Shown here one piece after another: positions 49,300 to 60,858 of a stretch of 64,000 bases of DNA; the stretch's first letter is position 1, and each line of letters starts with the position of its first letter. The notes under the pieces are model-generated. The model made no database searches. It had not been told where the DNA came from and saw only the letters and a program-made list of their open reading frames with translations. The stretch is from Lepidodermella squamata. Lineage: Eukaryota; Animalia; Gastrotricha. The translations under genes were made by a program, and so were the position numbers. The DNA is taken from contig JBLDXI010000009.1 in NCBI GenBank assembly GCA_047495785.1, forward strand, positions 3,286,001 through 3,350,000, given 5' to 3'.

Positions 49300-52200
49300 T
49301 TAGAATCTGTTTCCTTCGGCGTAATAGGCCACGGCTGGGTTGTATGCCACGTCTCTTTGGTAGTACAAGTTATCCCTTCCTACACTTTGAGGAGGCTGGG
49401 GAGCCGGCGCATTCGGCGTTTCGAATAAGTTGGCGTAGTAAGCATCAGCGTACGCTTGTTTCTCCTCTTCAGTCGGCCGATGGTTCTCAAACTGCGGTGA
49501 CAGCTCTCGAGTTGCGAACATACCTGTCGGAGCCACTGTCGCTGAGTATGGCTGGTGAGGCTCCATTCTCGGCGGAAGGTCCAAAGGCACAATGCTCAAA
49601 GGTTGGTAGCTCGGTTGGTGCATGCTCATTTCGGGAGTAGCCTGTGCAACCGCCCCAGGTTGTATTTTTCGTTGGCTGTTCTGCTTAACGCAACACGCGA
49701 CGATCACGCCGACAAGTATAGCTATGAGCAGAACCCCTACGCCAACAGCAACACCCAGGACCCATATCTTCACCCATTTGTTTCCGATTTTAACCCAGGA
49801 GGAATCGTAAGCTTCAACTATGGCTGAAGAATTGGATTGCAGAGTGGTAGATACTGTGGTTGACGTTGTTGAAGTCGTAGTTGTAGCCAAAGACACTGAA
49901 GTCGTGGAAATCGAAGCTGACGGGTCAACTAAAGCGATGGCTGAGTTGATTGATGAAAGCCTAAAAAACGCCTTTAAGCTATAAGACTCAATAAATTGAA
50001 CGTTTTACATGTCCGCAGATTGGGTTAGACTCAAAAGCGTTGTTTGATCAATCGTCGTATAAGTGTCACGCTTTTTCCGCGCCGTTGACGTAGCAGCCTT
50101 ACTGCAAAGATCATTGGATGAGTTGGCCTTAAGCATGAGTCCAAGGCAAAAGGTGATCCCGTCCGTATCAGGGTTCAATAGAGCGACCTCAGACGAGTAA
50201 ATGTAGATTCCCGTGAGATTAGAGGACCTGAAATCAAAATTTAATGGGACGGAACCAAGGTATAATTAGAACTTACCATGTCTTTCCTGGGCAGCATGAT
50301 TTGAAGGTTGACGAATCATTTTTGCACTTTGAATTCATTGTAGTTGATACCCCAGATTTCATCTGATATGCGACCAGTTTGTTGAATAGCGAGACCGTAA
50401 GTATACTCGAGTTGAAACAGAGGTCAACGGCGTACTTAACAGCTTCCGAATCAACTAATAGTAATTAATCGATTAAATATTTCTGTAAATTATGTTAACA
50501 CCCACATGGGCACCTAGCCAGTTGGCAATCTTCAACAGTCCGCCGGGTTTCATTCGAACAAGGGGAGTTAAGGGATGTTGGTGCGTCACACTGTTGAGTT
50601 ATAGATCGAGTTCCCAGACCACAAGTGACGCTACATGACCCCGTAGCAGTCGTATTCCAGCCTATCAAAAAAACCGTTAATGTAGCTGGATAGACCTTAA
50701 AGGACCAACCATAGCAGTCCTTTCCGTTTGCATGAAGTAGATAGCCGGAAGGACATGTGCATATATTCAAGCCTCCAACAACTGCACAGGAAGCAAGATA
50801 TCCACAAGAGCTGCAGTTCGAGCTTGATGACGAAGAGGTTGTGGAAAATTTGATTGCTGCAAGGGAAAGTTTAAATTTGCTCTCATTTCAAGTCAACTTA
50901 AGATTACACTGGCATGTCGCATCGATCGATGTGCTGTTCCAGTATTCTGGGCATTTCATTGGTAGCGATTTAGAGTCACAGCCTGTTACTGGAGGGTCGT
51001 AATGAAACGAATCCGATGTTTGCCCAGAGGATGCGAGCGTGGTATTTTTTGCTTAAATGAAAGCCAATAATGCCAGCTCAAGAATCAGTTTCATACTTAC
51101 GAATACAGCTCTCCGAATAAGATAATTCAAATGCATACGAAGAAGTATTGAAAACGTATTTCCAGGCTATCGAGAATTGAGCGCAGGAAGCGCAAGTGCA
51201 AACCGAGTTACAGTAACCGGTATAGCAATCTTCATCTTTGCTGCAATTTGCGCCGAATCCTTAAGGAAAATTAAAACATTGAGCCTGCATATCCACAGTG
51301 CGATGAAAAGATTTACTCAGCAGGGTTTTTGTCGAAGCCGAAGAAATGTTTTTAGCTGTCAAATTGGGAAAATTATTAAAAAAACAGATCGCAAATAGGT
51401 CCTTACTTTGAACACAAATTCCCATTTTGCAACTGAGAGCTTTGGATAAAATCGAGCTGAAAGCAGTTGACATCCCTACGCAAGTTTCGGTTGAACTGCT
51501 ACAGGAGTTGTTAGCAGACAAAGTGCAAGGACGATAGCCAGAAGCTGACGAGGGAGCACTCATAAAATACATTGCATTTCAGTAAAATTGCGAAACCAAC
51601 TTCTATTGACTGATGTGAAGGTCGGTGTTTTCGTTGCGACACATTTCGATAGATAGCGCTCAGTGGTAGATGTCTTCGACGTGGTAGTTGCAGACGTGGC
51701 GGATGACTGACCAGAACTTGCAGCTAGCGTTGTAGCTGTCGTAGTAGTCGTGGTGGTCGTTGTAGACGAAGATGATGCCGAGGATCCCGTTGAAGACTGC
51801 GAGGCCGTGGTCTGGCCCGATGAAGAAGCGGCCGACGTTGCAGGTGTTGACGATGTCCCGCTGTAGAAAAACAACGACGCTGTAGAAAAATATTGCCAGA
51901 TGAAAATTAAGCTACGATTGAGCTTTGAATGGCGATTTTCAAAGAAATTAAAATTTATATTAAAACCTGTTGAGAGACCGTTGCGTCACAAGCTGAGTAG
52001 TTGTTGAAGCTGTGGTGGTTCCAGTGCTTCCGGTGGAGCTTCCGGCGCTTCCAGTGGTTCCAGTTGTTCCAGTGGAGCTTCCGGTAGGTGAAGCTGTAGA
52101 AGCGATTGGTGAAGTTGAGATGGCTGAACTCGACGAAGTGGCAGTCTGAGTTACAGCTGAAGATGTCACAACCGACGAACTTGGAGGTGAAGTTGAGGCC

Positions 52201-53714
52201 AGAAAGGTTGTCACTGGAGAAGCTGCAGCGGATGACGTCGTTGCAGATCCTGTCGTCATTAGGGAAGTCGTCACAATCGTAGTCGTTGGTGAGCTAGAAC
52301 CTGGTTGGGTCGTAACTGACGACGTCGAGGCTGGAAGGGATGTAGTCCCAGTTGAAGAAGGCGCAGTACCAGGAAGCGTTGTAGTAGGCGATGATGTGGC
52401 TGAAGCCGTGGGTGTCGCAGTAGTAGCGGCTAGTGAAGTCGTCGCTACAGTTGCAGAAGAAGTAGTGACTAGTAAGGTTGTAGCCGCGGTTGTAGGGGAA
52501 GTTGTCCCAGGGGACGAACTTGCAGCCGCAGTAGTTGTAGGTAACGTCGTAACTGACGTAGCTGACATGGTTGTTGCTACTGTTGCTGACAAAGTCGTCA
52601 CTGCGAGGCTAGTGGTCACAGCTGAAGTGCCTGTACTTGGTAGCGTTGTAGCTGTTGTAGTTGGAGATGTAACTGTTGAGCTTGTTGTCACAGTCGAAGG
52701 CAAGGTCGTCACAATAGTCGCGCCAGGGGTTGTGGTAGTATCAGTCGCAGATGTTGTAGTCAAAGGTAACGTCGCAATCACAGTTGTGGGCGATGTTGAA
52801 GCTGGTATGGTTGTCGTCACTGTTACTGGTGAACTCGTAGCAAGTGCGGTGGTAGTCGCAGGCGCATTCGAAGTAGTAGTCGGACTCGTCGCTGCTGTTG
52901 CTGCTTGACTTGTAGTAGGTTGGGTAGTGACTACAGTTGTAGCAACTATAGTAGTAGCTACAGTTGTTGGAGAAGGCGTGTCAGCAGCTAAGGCGGTAGT
53001 TGAAGTAGTTGGTGGTGATGTGGGGGATGTAGCTGTGGTTGTAGTTGAAGTAGTTGCTGGTGATGTGGGGGATGTAGCTGGGGTTGTAGTTGAAGTAGTT
53101 GCTGGTGACGTGGGGGATGTAGCTGGGGTTGTAGTTGAAGTTGTTGCTGGTGACGTGGGGGATGTAGCTGGGGTTGTAGTTGAAGTAGTTGCTGGTGATG
53201 TGGGGGATGTACCTGGGGTTGTAGTTGAAGTAGTTGCTGGTGATGTGGGGGATGTACCTGGGGTTGTAGTTGAAGTTGTTGCTGGTGACGTGGGGGATGT
53301 AGCTGGGGTTGTAGTTGAAGTAGTTGCTGGTGATGTGGGGGATGTAGATGGTGAGGTTGTAGGCGGTACAGTTGTCGTCACTGTTACTGGAGAAGTCGTG
53401 GCAGGCGTTGTTGTAGTTCCAGGCGCATTCGACGTAGTGGTCGGAGAACTGGTCGCTACTGCTGTTGTTGGACTTGTTGTAGGGATAGTAGGGACAGTAA
53501 CAGATGTGGTAGTCGTAGCAAGAGTTGTAGTCGTTGTAGGTGGCGCAGTCGTCGTTGTAGTTACCTTTGTAGTGGTCGAAGTAGTTGCTGGTGGTGGCGG
53601 CGGCTGTCCTGTAAATAAAGAAAGAGATCAAAAGCTTAACAAGTGCTTGTTGTAACAACCTCGAATAGAGCAGATTATGAATACCAATGCAATAGCGAGA
53701 TTTAGGGCGGTCAT
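49300..53714 (-). CDS. R11: transmembrane mucin paralogue with a 15-aa tandem repeat
   Basis: MTALNLAIALVFIICSIR|GQPPPPPATT; long T/S/P domain; EGF/TSP1 50495-50770; RKKR; WVKIGNKWVKIWVLGVAVGVGVLLIAILVGVIVACC. Confidence 0.85.
52998..53347 (-). repeat. Coding 45-bp tandem repeat (about 7-8 copies, TTSTTTP[A/G]TSPTSPA) in R11
   Basis: The unit GCTGGTGAYGTGGGGGATGTASCTGGGGTTGTAGTTGAAGTWGTT repeats with few changes. Confidence 0.9.
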
Positions 53715-54048
53715 TTCTAGCCGAACCTAGCTCTTCGCAAAAAAGTTGAAAAGAAATGATTTGCGCGTTTGCTGCAAATCGTTTATGTTGCACCTTGGCA
53801 GCCATTTCTCATTAGTGGATGTTGACTAAACAGTGGAAACTGGAAACTGTTAAGTTCCTTTTAATTATCTGATGTGAATTATTCATAACTTTCACCTCAA
53901 AAGCAAAACGCCGAGGCAATTAGCGTCAGTTTATTTACCGCATATCAGAGCGCAATCAACTGAAAGTAAGAGTTCATCTTGTCAACTTGTCTTGTCGCTT
54001 CGTTAATTTGGGCATTGATCGCAATACTTTCGAGAGCATCTTTCGAAA

Positions 54049-56980
54049 TCATGTATCATACGCCGCATAACCATGGTACGGATTGGTCGTCGTCGGGTTG
54101 GCGCCTTGATAGCCTGCTGCATTTTGCGGTGGGTAGTACAAGTCGCTTCTTACATTCCCGTTTTGATGACTGAATGAGTCATACTGCCCGTGGTCGTGGG
54201 CGCCCTGCATAGATGCATAGTATGCCATGGCAGCTGCATCCTCGTCATAAGGTGGATCTTGATGCTGGTTAGGATAGTGCTGTTCGCTGGAGGGGTTACC
54301 ATATCCAGTGATCATTTCAGGCGATACCCTTCGATGCCCTGCAGCGCTAAACCTCGGAGAATCCTGGGGCTTTTTGTCTTTTTTCTTACAGCAGCAAATC
54401 GCAACAACGATGCCGATAATGAGTAACACTAATCCACCTGCAGCACCGCCTATGATTCCGAGATGAAGACACATAGAGCCGATCAAGATGAAGCCTGAAT
54501 CACAGCTTAGGGTTGTCGCTTCACTCTTACTACTGGCTGCTGTAGTTCCGCCAGCGCCACTGCCTGAAGTCGTGGTAGTAGTCGTTGTCGTTGTTGTAGT
54601 CGTGGTTGTTGCCTGGCTGAAAGATGACGCTGATACACTAGCGGCTGGATCCGCCTGTTGAACGGCTGAAGTTATTGCAGCGACGCTATACAGACGAACC
54701 GCAGATCTACGAAGATAGAATTTTGTCACCGAAACTCACATGTCGGATAATGAAGCGATTTGCAACATCGTTGATTGATCGAAGGTTATGAAACTTGCAT
54801 CACGCTTCCTTCTCCGCTTCTAAAGAAGCAATGTTACCATTTCATGAATACTTTCATTCACAAATTTACCCCTTCGGGAGGAGCGGTGGTAGGCTGAGGG
54901 GTCGTAGTTGGAGCAGCAGTTGGGGCGGCAGTTGTTGCTGTCACTGCAGCAGTAGTTGGGGCATCAGTTATTGTCGTTACTCCCGCAGTAGTAGGGGCGC
55001 CAGTTATTGTCGTCACAATTGTCGTAGTCGACGCAGTAGTTGCAGGAGCCGCTGTTGTCGTCGTAACCACCGCTGCGGTTGTCGTGGCTACCGTTGTAGC
55101 TGTAGCTGTCGTGGTTTTTGTCGTAGTTACTGATGATGTAGTGGTCGCTGCTGTAGTTGTGATAGATGCCGCTCCAGCGCATAAGGAATTGCTAGCATTA
55201 GCTTTCAGCATTATCCCTACGCAGAACTTGCTGCCATTAGTATCCGGATTCAGAAGCACAACCTCGCTAGCTTGCATGTAAGTCCCACTAAGCGTGGCAC
55301 TCCATTCTTTGTTAGGACAGCATGATGAGAACAGAGTTTTATCACTCTTGCATTTCGAGTTCATCGCAGTGGCAATTTTCGTCTGCATCGACGCAGCGAC
55401 TACTTTCTGAAACAGCTCTACAGTGAGCACGGTAGAGTCGAAGCACAGATCAACGGCGCTTTTCGCAGCATCAGCATCAACTTTTAACACGCGATGAATC
55501 ATCAAGATTTTAGTTGTTCGAATGTCTGGAAACTTACAAGGACATCTGCCCATGTAACATGATTCCGAGGTTGTTTTTAAGGAGTCGAGGCATGGGGACG
55601 ATAATGTCGATGGAGCATCGCAAGTTTGAGTTACAGTTCGTGTTCCATATCCACCTTAAAATTCTCAACATTATCCTTTCAAGACTTCGGTCTATACACT
55701 TACATGTTACATTGCAAGAGCCTGTTGTAGTTGTTTTCCAGCCTTGAATGGTGAAGTGAATGAAAGCCAATAAGGATCAAGATTAGTCAACTTACCATAA
55801 CAGTCTTTCAGGTTACTGTGAAGGGCGTACCCTGACGGGCAAGTGCAAATAGGAACTTTATTGATAGAAACGCATGTTGCCGCGTTGCCACAGCTGCACC
55901 CGGTGGTGTTTGCCAAAGTAAAAGCTAAATAATACGGATGGTGAACACTTTTTGATATGACTTCCGATCAAAGACTTACGCTGGCAAGTCGCCGTGATAT
56001 CAGCATTGTCCCAATACTCGGGACATTTCAAGGAAGTAGTCACCGTGTCGCACAAACTCGAGGGTGGGTCGTAGTGGAAGTCTGCGGAAGCTTGTCCAGA
56101 ACCAGGTCTCTTCGACGTTTTCGCTGAAATCCTTTATTTGAAGCCTTCTTAATGCACGGAGGGTTGATATAGCTTACGAATACACATTTCATCATAGGCT
56201 AAAGCCAAAGGGGTAACGGTCTCGTCCACGTAGACATAAGACGCGAATTGCGAACAAGACGAACAGGCGCAGGTACCGCCAGAGCAATACCCAGTCATGC
56301 AGTCATCTTCCGACTTGCATGGTCTTCCGTATCCTAAAGAGAGAACGTTTATGAAGGCACTTTTGAATTGAGTCCTACTTCTTGGTGCAGCTTCAAGAGC
56401 TGCAGTTACTGTCGTAGCCGCGGCTGTCGTAGTTACTGCAGCGGCTGTAGTAGTTGCCGCAGCTGTTGTTGTAGTAGCTGATGATGTAGTCGAAGCCGTG
56501 GTTGTGACAACTATTTGAAATCATTATTTCACCTTCAAGGAATTTGCTGGTCAATTTACAAACCAGGTAAGCAGACTCCCATTTTACACGGAGACGGTAG
56601 GTTGGTTAGGATGGATCCGTATGCGGTAGATATCGGGGCACAATACTCACCACTACTGCACGTGCCATTGTTCGTTAAGTTGCAAGGTCTAACCCCAGAA
56701 TCTACGATACAAGCCGTTAATTCCTTCGCTGAAAGTAAGGTGATGCAATGACTGACCCTTATTTTTGTACGGATAGACAGGTGTGTCCGATACGTTGCAT
56801 CTTGTGGTATCTAGCGGGGTCGTAGTAGTCAGTGCAGCCGTTGTGGTTGGCTCTGCAGTCTGACAATCTGACAGTTCAACTTTAAACGAAACAATCATCC
56901 AAAGCTCCGCAAATCATACCGATGAAGCTAGACTGGAACCCCAACAAAACGCAAAGCGTAAGCCAGTAGATAGATATCAT
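54049..56980 (-). CDS. R12: paralogue with a Thr-rich insert inside the SEA-like loop and a Tyr-rich tail
   Basis: MISIYWLTLCVLLGFQSSFI; Cys modules; EGF/TSP1; KRRRKR; TM IIGGAAGGLVLLIIGIVVAICCC. Confidence 0.85.
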
Positions 56981-57410
56981 ACTATCGACGATAATTCCTC
57001 TTTTTCAGCAGAAACCGGAGGCGTCGTAAGTTAGTGTCACATTCGTTAAATATTCAATTTCTTCACTTCATTAAAAATGCAATACAGGAATGAAAAGTTT
57101 GTTTTGTAAATACTCTAAGCGCGCGAGAACAAAGGATAAGATAGTTACCTAGGTACGATCGCTTAATTTTTTGATCGAGTCATATTCGTCAGGCTAAGAA
57201 ATTGTCTTTATAGCGGTTATTTTCCGAAGTGCGTGCTCGACATGAGCCGCGTAAATCATTAATTTTAAATGCTGCTCCTTTCAAGGATCAATACCTATCT
57301 TGTGGCTAAGAAACGCTCATACTCAATGAACCCTGGTCAAAACACAACATTTTCTAATCGAATAGCCATTTTTATTGCCAGGTAGTTGGAAATAGTTGGG
57401 AAACTCAGTA

Positions 57411-58249
57411 TCAAGCTATACACGTGCAATCATCGATTAACAAGTTTGGAATTTCGATGGAAAAAGTTGTTCCATTATTCTGATTTGAAGCAAAGCTAAG
57501 CGATATCGATTGATTGTTTTGGTCTGTTTGAACCGGAACGCAACTGGACTCGAGGCTGCTGCTTATAACAGCTAGGTCCTGCAGGATTGAAGATCTGGCA
57601 TTCGCGACAATGTCGTGCCAATAGGGGTCTGAGGGCCGGCATAATCCGGCGCAGTAGGGCAGAACGATATTATGGCTAATCGGCGACAATTCAACGGAGG
57701 GTGGTAGCAGGGTTTGGTTTTCAAGCATTTTTCTTAGGTTGAGATGCGTGAATCTAAGTCGACAAAACGACTTTTGAGAGTCCGCAGTCGTAGTAGTTTG
57801 CTGGGCATTTTCACTTCTCCTTCGCCTGAATGGAAAAGAAAAAAAGAAATTAAAGAATAATTCAAAATTAAATATTTCTAAAATCAAATCAAATAAAAAT
57901 AATATTCAAAACTAACCCTTAACCCTAACCCTAATCCTAATCCTAACCAGGAAACCCCATAAATTCGAGAAAAGGTTAGGTTCAATTTTAAAAATTATGT
58001 TCAATAGGCATTTCAAATTATTGTATTGAAAAATTAAAAAATTATAAAAAATTATAAAAATTATAAAAAGTACAAGGAAGAATACCTGGCAAAGCTGTGC
58101 TGTAAAATTATCAGATGGTCATTTATAAGCTTTTCCACAATATTGCCGACTTGAAACTTATCAGCCTCACTGATTTCGGAACAGGCGATACATTTGAACA
58201 GAATTAAAGCAAAGAAAGCTGGCAAAAGTAGTACCAATTTCAGCTGCAT
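57411..58249 (-). CDS. T1: divergent TGF-beta-like cystine-knot protein (signal, ~30-aa pro-piece, RRRR, 6-Cys knot); exons 58249-58086, 57825-57411
   Basis: MQLKLVLLLPAFFALILFKCIAC...HSFA R|RRR SE; then FCRL, YCAGLC, SCVP, NLLIDDCTC, which is TGF-beta family spacing without the interchain Cys. Confidence 0.8.
57912..57948. repeat. Short degenerate (TAACCC)n / TTAGGG-like tract in the T1 intron
   Basis: ctaacccttaaccctaaccctaatcctaatcctaacc. Confidence 0.6.
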
Positions 58250-58912
58250 TTTTTAGCTTACAACCTCAGGTATGTGAGTATATATCGCTATGAGGATGCT
58301 GGCGCGATTAGGTTGTTTCGGAGCGAACTTGCACCTGAATTGCACCGCAACCTGGGTTCCAGCCAGTAATACTGTGAAGAAACTAAAGAAACTATAAAGA
58401 AATTTATCCCAGTTTCACTAGCCATTTTGTATTATTCATTTTTCCACCTCAGACTGCCTATAATTAGCCTCGTTAGTTTTGTGGTCGAGTTTAGATCTTA
58501 TCGATCACGCAGGTATAAAAAAATGTGCGCCCTTTCACCAATTAATTGCTTATTGATATTATTGCGTAGCCAGAAAATGCGTGTGCGAGCTTGCAAAAAA
58601 GGCTCACAAATGGGTTTATAATTAATTTCGCGCAATATTCAAAAAAAAACTAAGTGCGCGAGCTTGAGGTGCATAATTAGCCAGCTTAAATTTTAGCGAG
58701 CCCGCTTGAAGCTGGAAACAACAAAATTTCAATTCAATTTCGGAATTTTGAATCAAATTTCGGTAAAAATAAATAACATTTTGGGTTTAATTATATAAGT
58801 CTGTATTTTTACGATGCACTTCTCCTCACTTCAGTTTATTCTTTTTGAAATAATTATATTTCAAATTTTCATAAAAAGTTCAAGTTGACCCTTCAATCCC
58901 TCGAGCTGTTTC

Positions 58913-59520
58913 TCAAGCAGAGCAGCCGCAAAGAGTTGCACTAATATTTTCCAAATCGAAAGTCCGTGATTTACCGAGGCCATCTTCATAAAATAGCGTC
59001 ACTGTTCGCCTCGGACCTATGGGGATGCATTGCATCTGGAATTTCGACTTCGGACCGAAGTACATGTTAGGCCATGATGCCGAGCCGGGTACAGCTAGCA
59101 ATTTCCAGTTCGGGTCATCGAAGCTGCAAAGGCCTCCACAGTACGCCACCTGGAATCGGAGCGTGTGCGCTGTTTCGCGAGACATTCCCGGGATTTCGTA
59201 GTTCAATTGTTCTGGGTAAATGGCTTCTCGTCGCAGGCAGCAGCCTGTTTCGTTAGCTGGGCCGATATCAGGCTCGCAGTCACCCACGCCGTAGCCGGCA
59301 GGAATCTTGGCGCCCCTATAAAAAAATAATGATCGATGGGCTTCGAGTTAAAATATAGCGTAGGTTTCCAAAGTCGTGTTTCAGAAATAAGGATGGAATT
59401 CTGTCCTTCTCACCGAATTCCGAATTGCGCTTACCATGGAAACATAGATCCCTCTAATTTTGAGATTAATATAAGCTTGAGGAATAAGGCGAGGAAATAG
59501 CGGGGAAATGAAGATTCCAT
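58913..59520 (-). CDS. T2: prodomain-less TGF-beta-like cystine-knot protein (2 exons)
   Basis: MESSFPRYFLALFLKLILISKLEGSMFPW|GAKIPAGYGVGDC...GCCLRRE...YCGGLC...QCIP...VTLFY...ATLCGCSA. Confidence 0.85.
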
Positions 59521-59619
59521 TTTTCACTCAGATCCGGAATAAATATATTTATAACCGTTGAATAATAGGAAAAATGTAGCTCTATTAACTGATTCATATC
59601 AATTCAGGTCGAGTTATAA

Positions 59620-59637
59620 ATGAAAAACAGATGTCTG
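59620..59637. promoter_or_regulatory. Conserved upstream motif ATGA(A/G)AA(A/C)CAGATGT containing an E-box; copies at 59620, 60702 and 61952
   Basis: The same 15-mer lies 85-110 bp upstream of the ATG of T2, T3 and T4, while the surrounding sequence is not obviously conserved. Confidence 0.55.
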
Positions 59638-60039
59638 TGAGTAACGAAAATTACGGCTGGAGCTATAACAAAATGTGCAAAAATTCGATTGGATGACCGG
59701 CTTCAGGTTAGGTACTCAAAACAGGGTCGCGAGACATTGGAAATCTGGTCAAATAATCCTATTAAGGAAATCAGAACGTGTTTCCGATTTGATTGGGTTG
59801 TAGTAGGTTCGATTCAGAATATTCACAAATCAGCTATCCACATTTTCGAGCCTAACCTTCAAACTCATGATGCCGTCGTTTGTATGTAAAGGAGCGTCCA
59901 ACGTTCATTGTTAATTTTTCAATGCCACGTTTTAAATTGCCAGAAAATCGTATAATATAAAAGAAAAATTCATAAAAATTTGCTGGATAATCATGAATAA
60001 CCTTTTATTTCTTTTAAATTTGTTGCGCGATTTTTGTTA

Positions 60040-60592
60040 TCAAGCCGAGCAGCCACAAGCAGTTGCCATGAGCTTCTCGAAAAGAAAAGGCCGCGGTTCG
60101 CCGTTGACGTAGTAAACCATGACCCTATTTCGCCGCGGTCCAATGGGCACGCAGCGCATCTTGTACGCCGACTGTTTGCCGAAAAACATGTTAGGCCACG
60201 CTGATGATGCAGAGCCCGGTACGATTAGCGATGGCCAGTTAGGGTCGTCGAAGCTGCACTGCCCAGCGCAATACGTAGCTATTAATCGATAATTATCCGC
60301 CTCGGCTCGCGTCATCCCGGGCACTTCATAGTTCAGCTGTGAAACGGTGACCCACTCCCTGCGCAGGCAGCAGTATGTTTCGTTTGCTGGGCCTGTTCCT
60401 TCTCGGCAGTCAGTCATGCCCCAGCCGGCTGGTATGCTACCACCCCTGCAAAAGTAATTATTGCGATTTCATAACAGTCATGTCGCGAATTTGTATTTTT
60501 TACCAGGGATATGTGTAGCCGAGTAATGGCGTAATTAGTGCAAAATCAATCCATAGAGCGAGAAAGATGATGTTCATCTCAGAGCGTCCCAT
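60040..60592 (-). CDS. T3: prodomain-less TGF-beta-like cystine-knot protein (2 exons), close paralogue of T2
   Basis: MGRSEMNIIFLALWIDFALITPLLGYTYPW|GGSIPAGWGMTDC...YCCLRRE...YCAGQC...RCVP...ATACGCSA. Confidence 0.85.
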
Positions 60593-60858
60593 TTTATAAT
60601 AATTTATTCGGGCTATAAAATATAATTATCGTTTCAAGCGCGGTAAAAATGCGTGTGAGGTATATTCATTTAATCAGATTGCTATCTATTTGTTGGCAGA
60701 AATGAAAAACAGATGTATTGTAAGGAATAATTATCTGTGATGGAATCTAAAAAAACTCAACTCAAGAAATAATATTGGCCACCCTAAATTTAAGGTTTCA
60801 GCGCTAAGATTTTTCCAAAACATGGCAAATCGAGCTTTACCTTTTCCGTGTGTTCTAA

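Noticed and set aside
52998-53347. Regularly spaced repeats as a possible CRISPR array
   Set aside because: No unique spacers; an in-frame coding repeat in an intron-containing eukaryotic gene.
15582-56980. Calling the R genes Notch, MUC1/MUC4 or TRAP orthologues
   Set aside because: They lack LNR/ankyrin, NIDO/AMOP/VWD and vWA domains respectively; the similarity is architectural analogy only.
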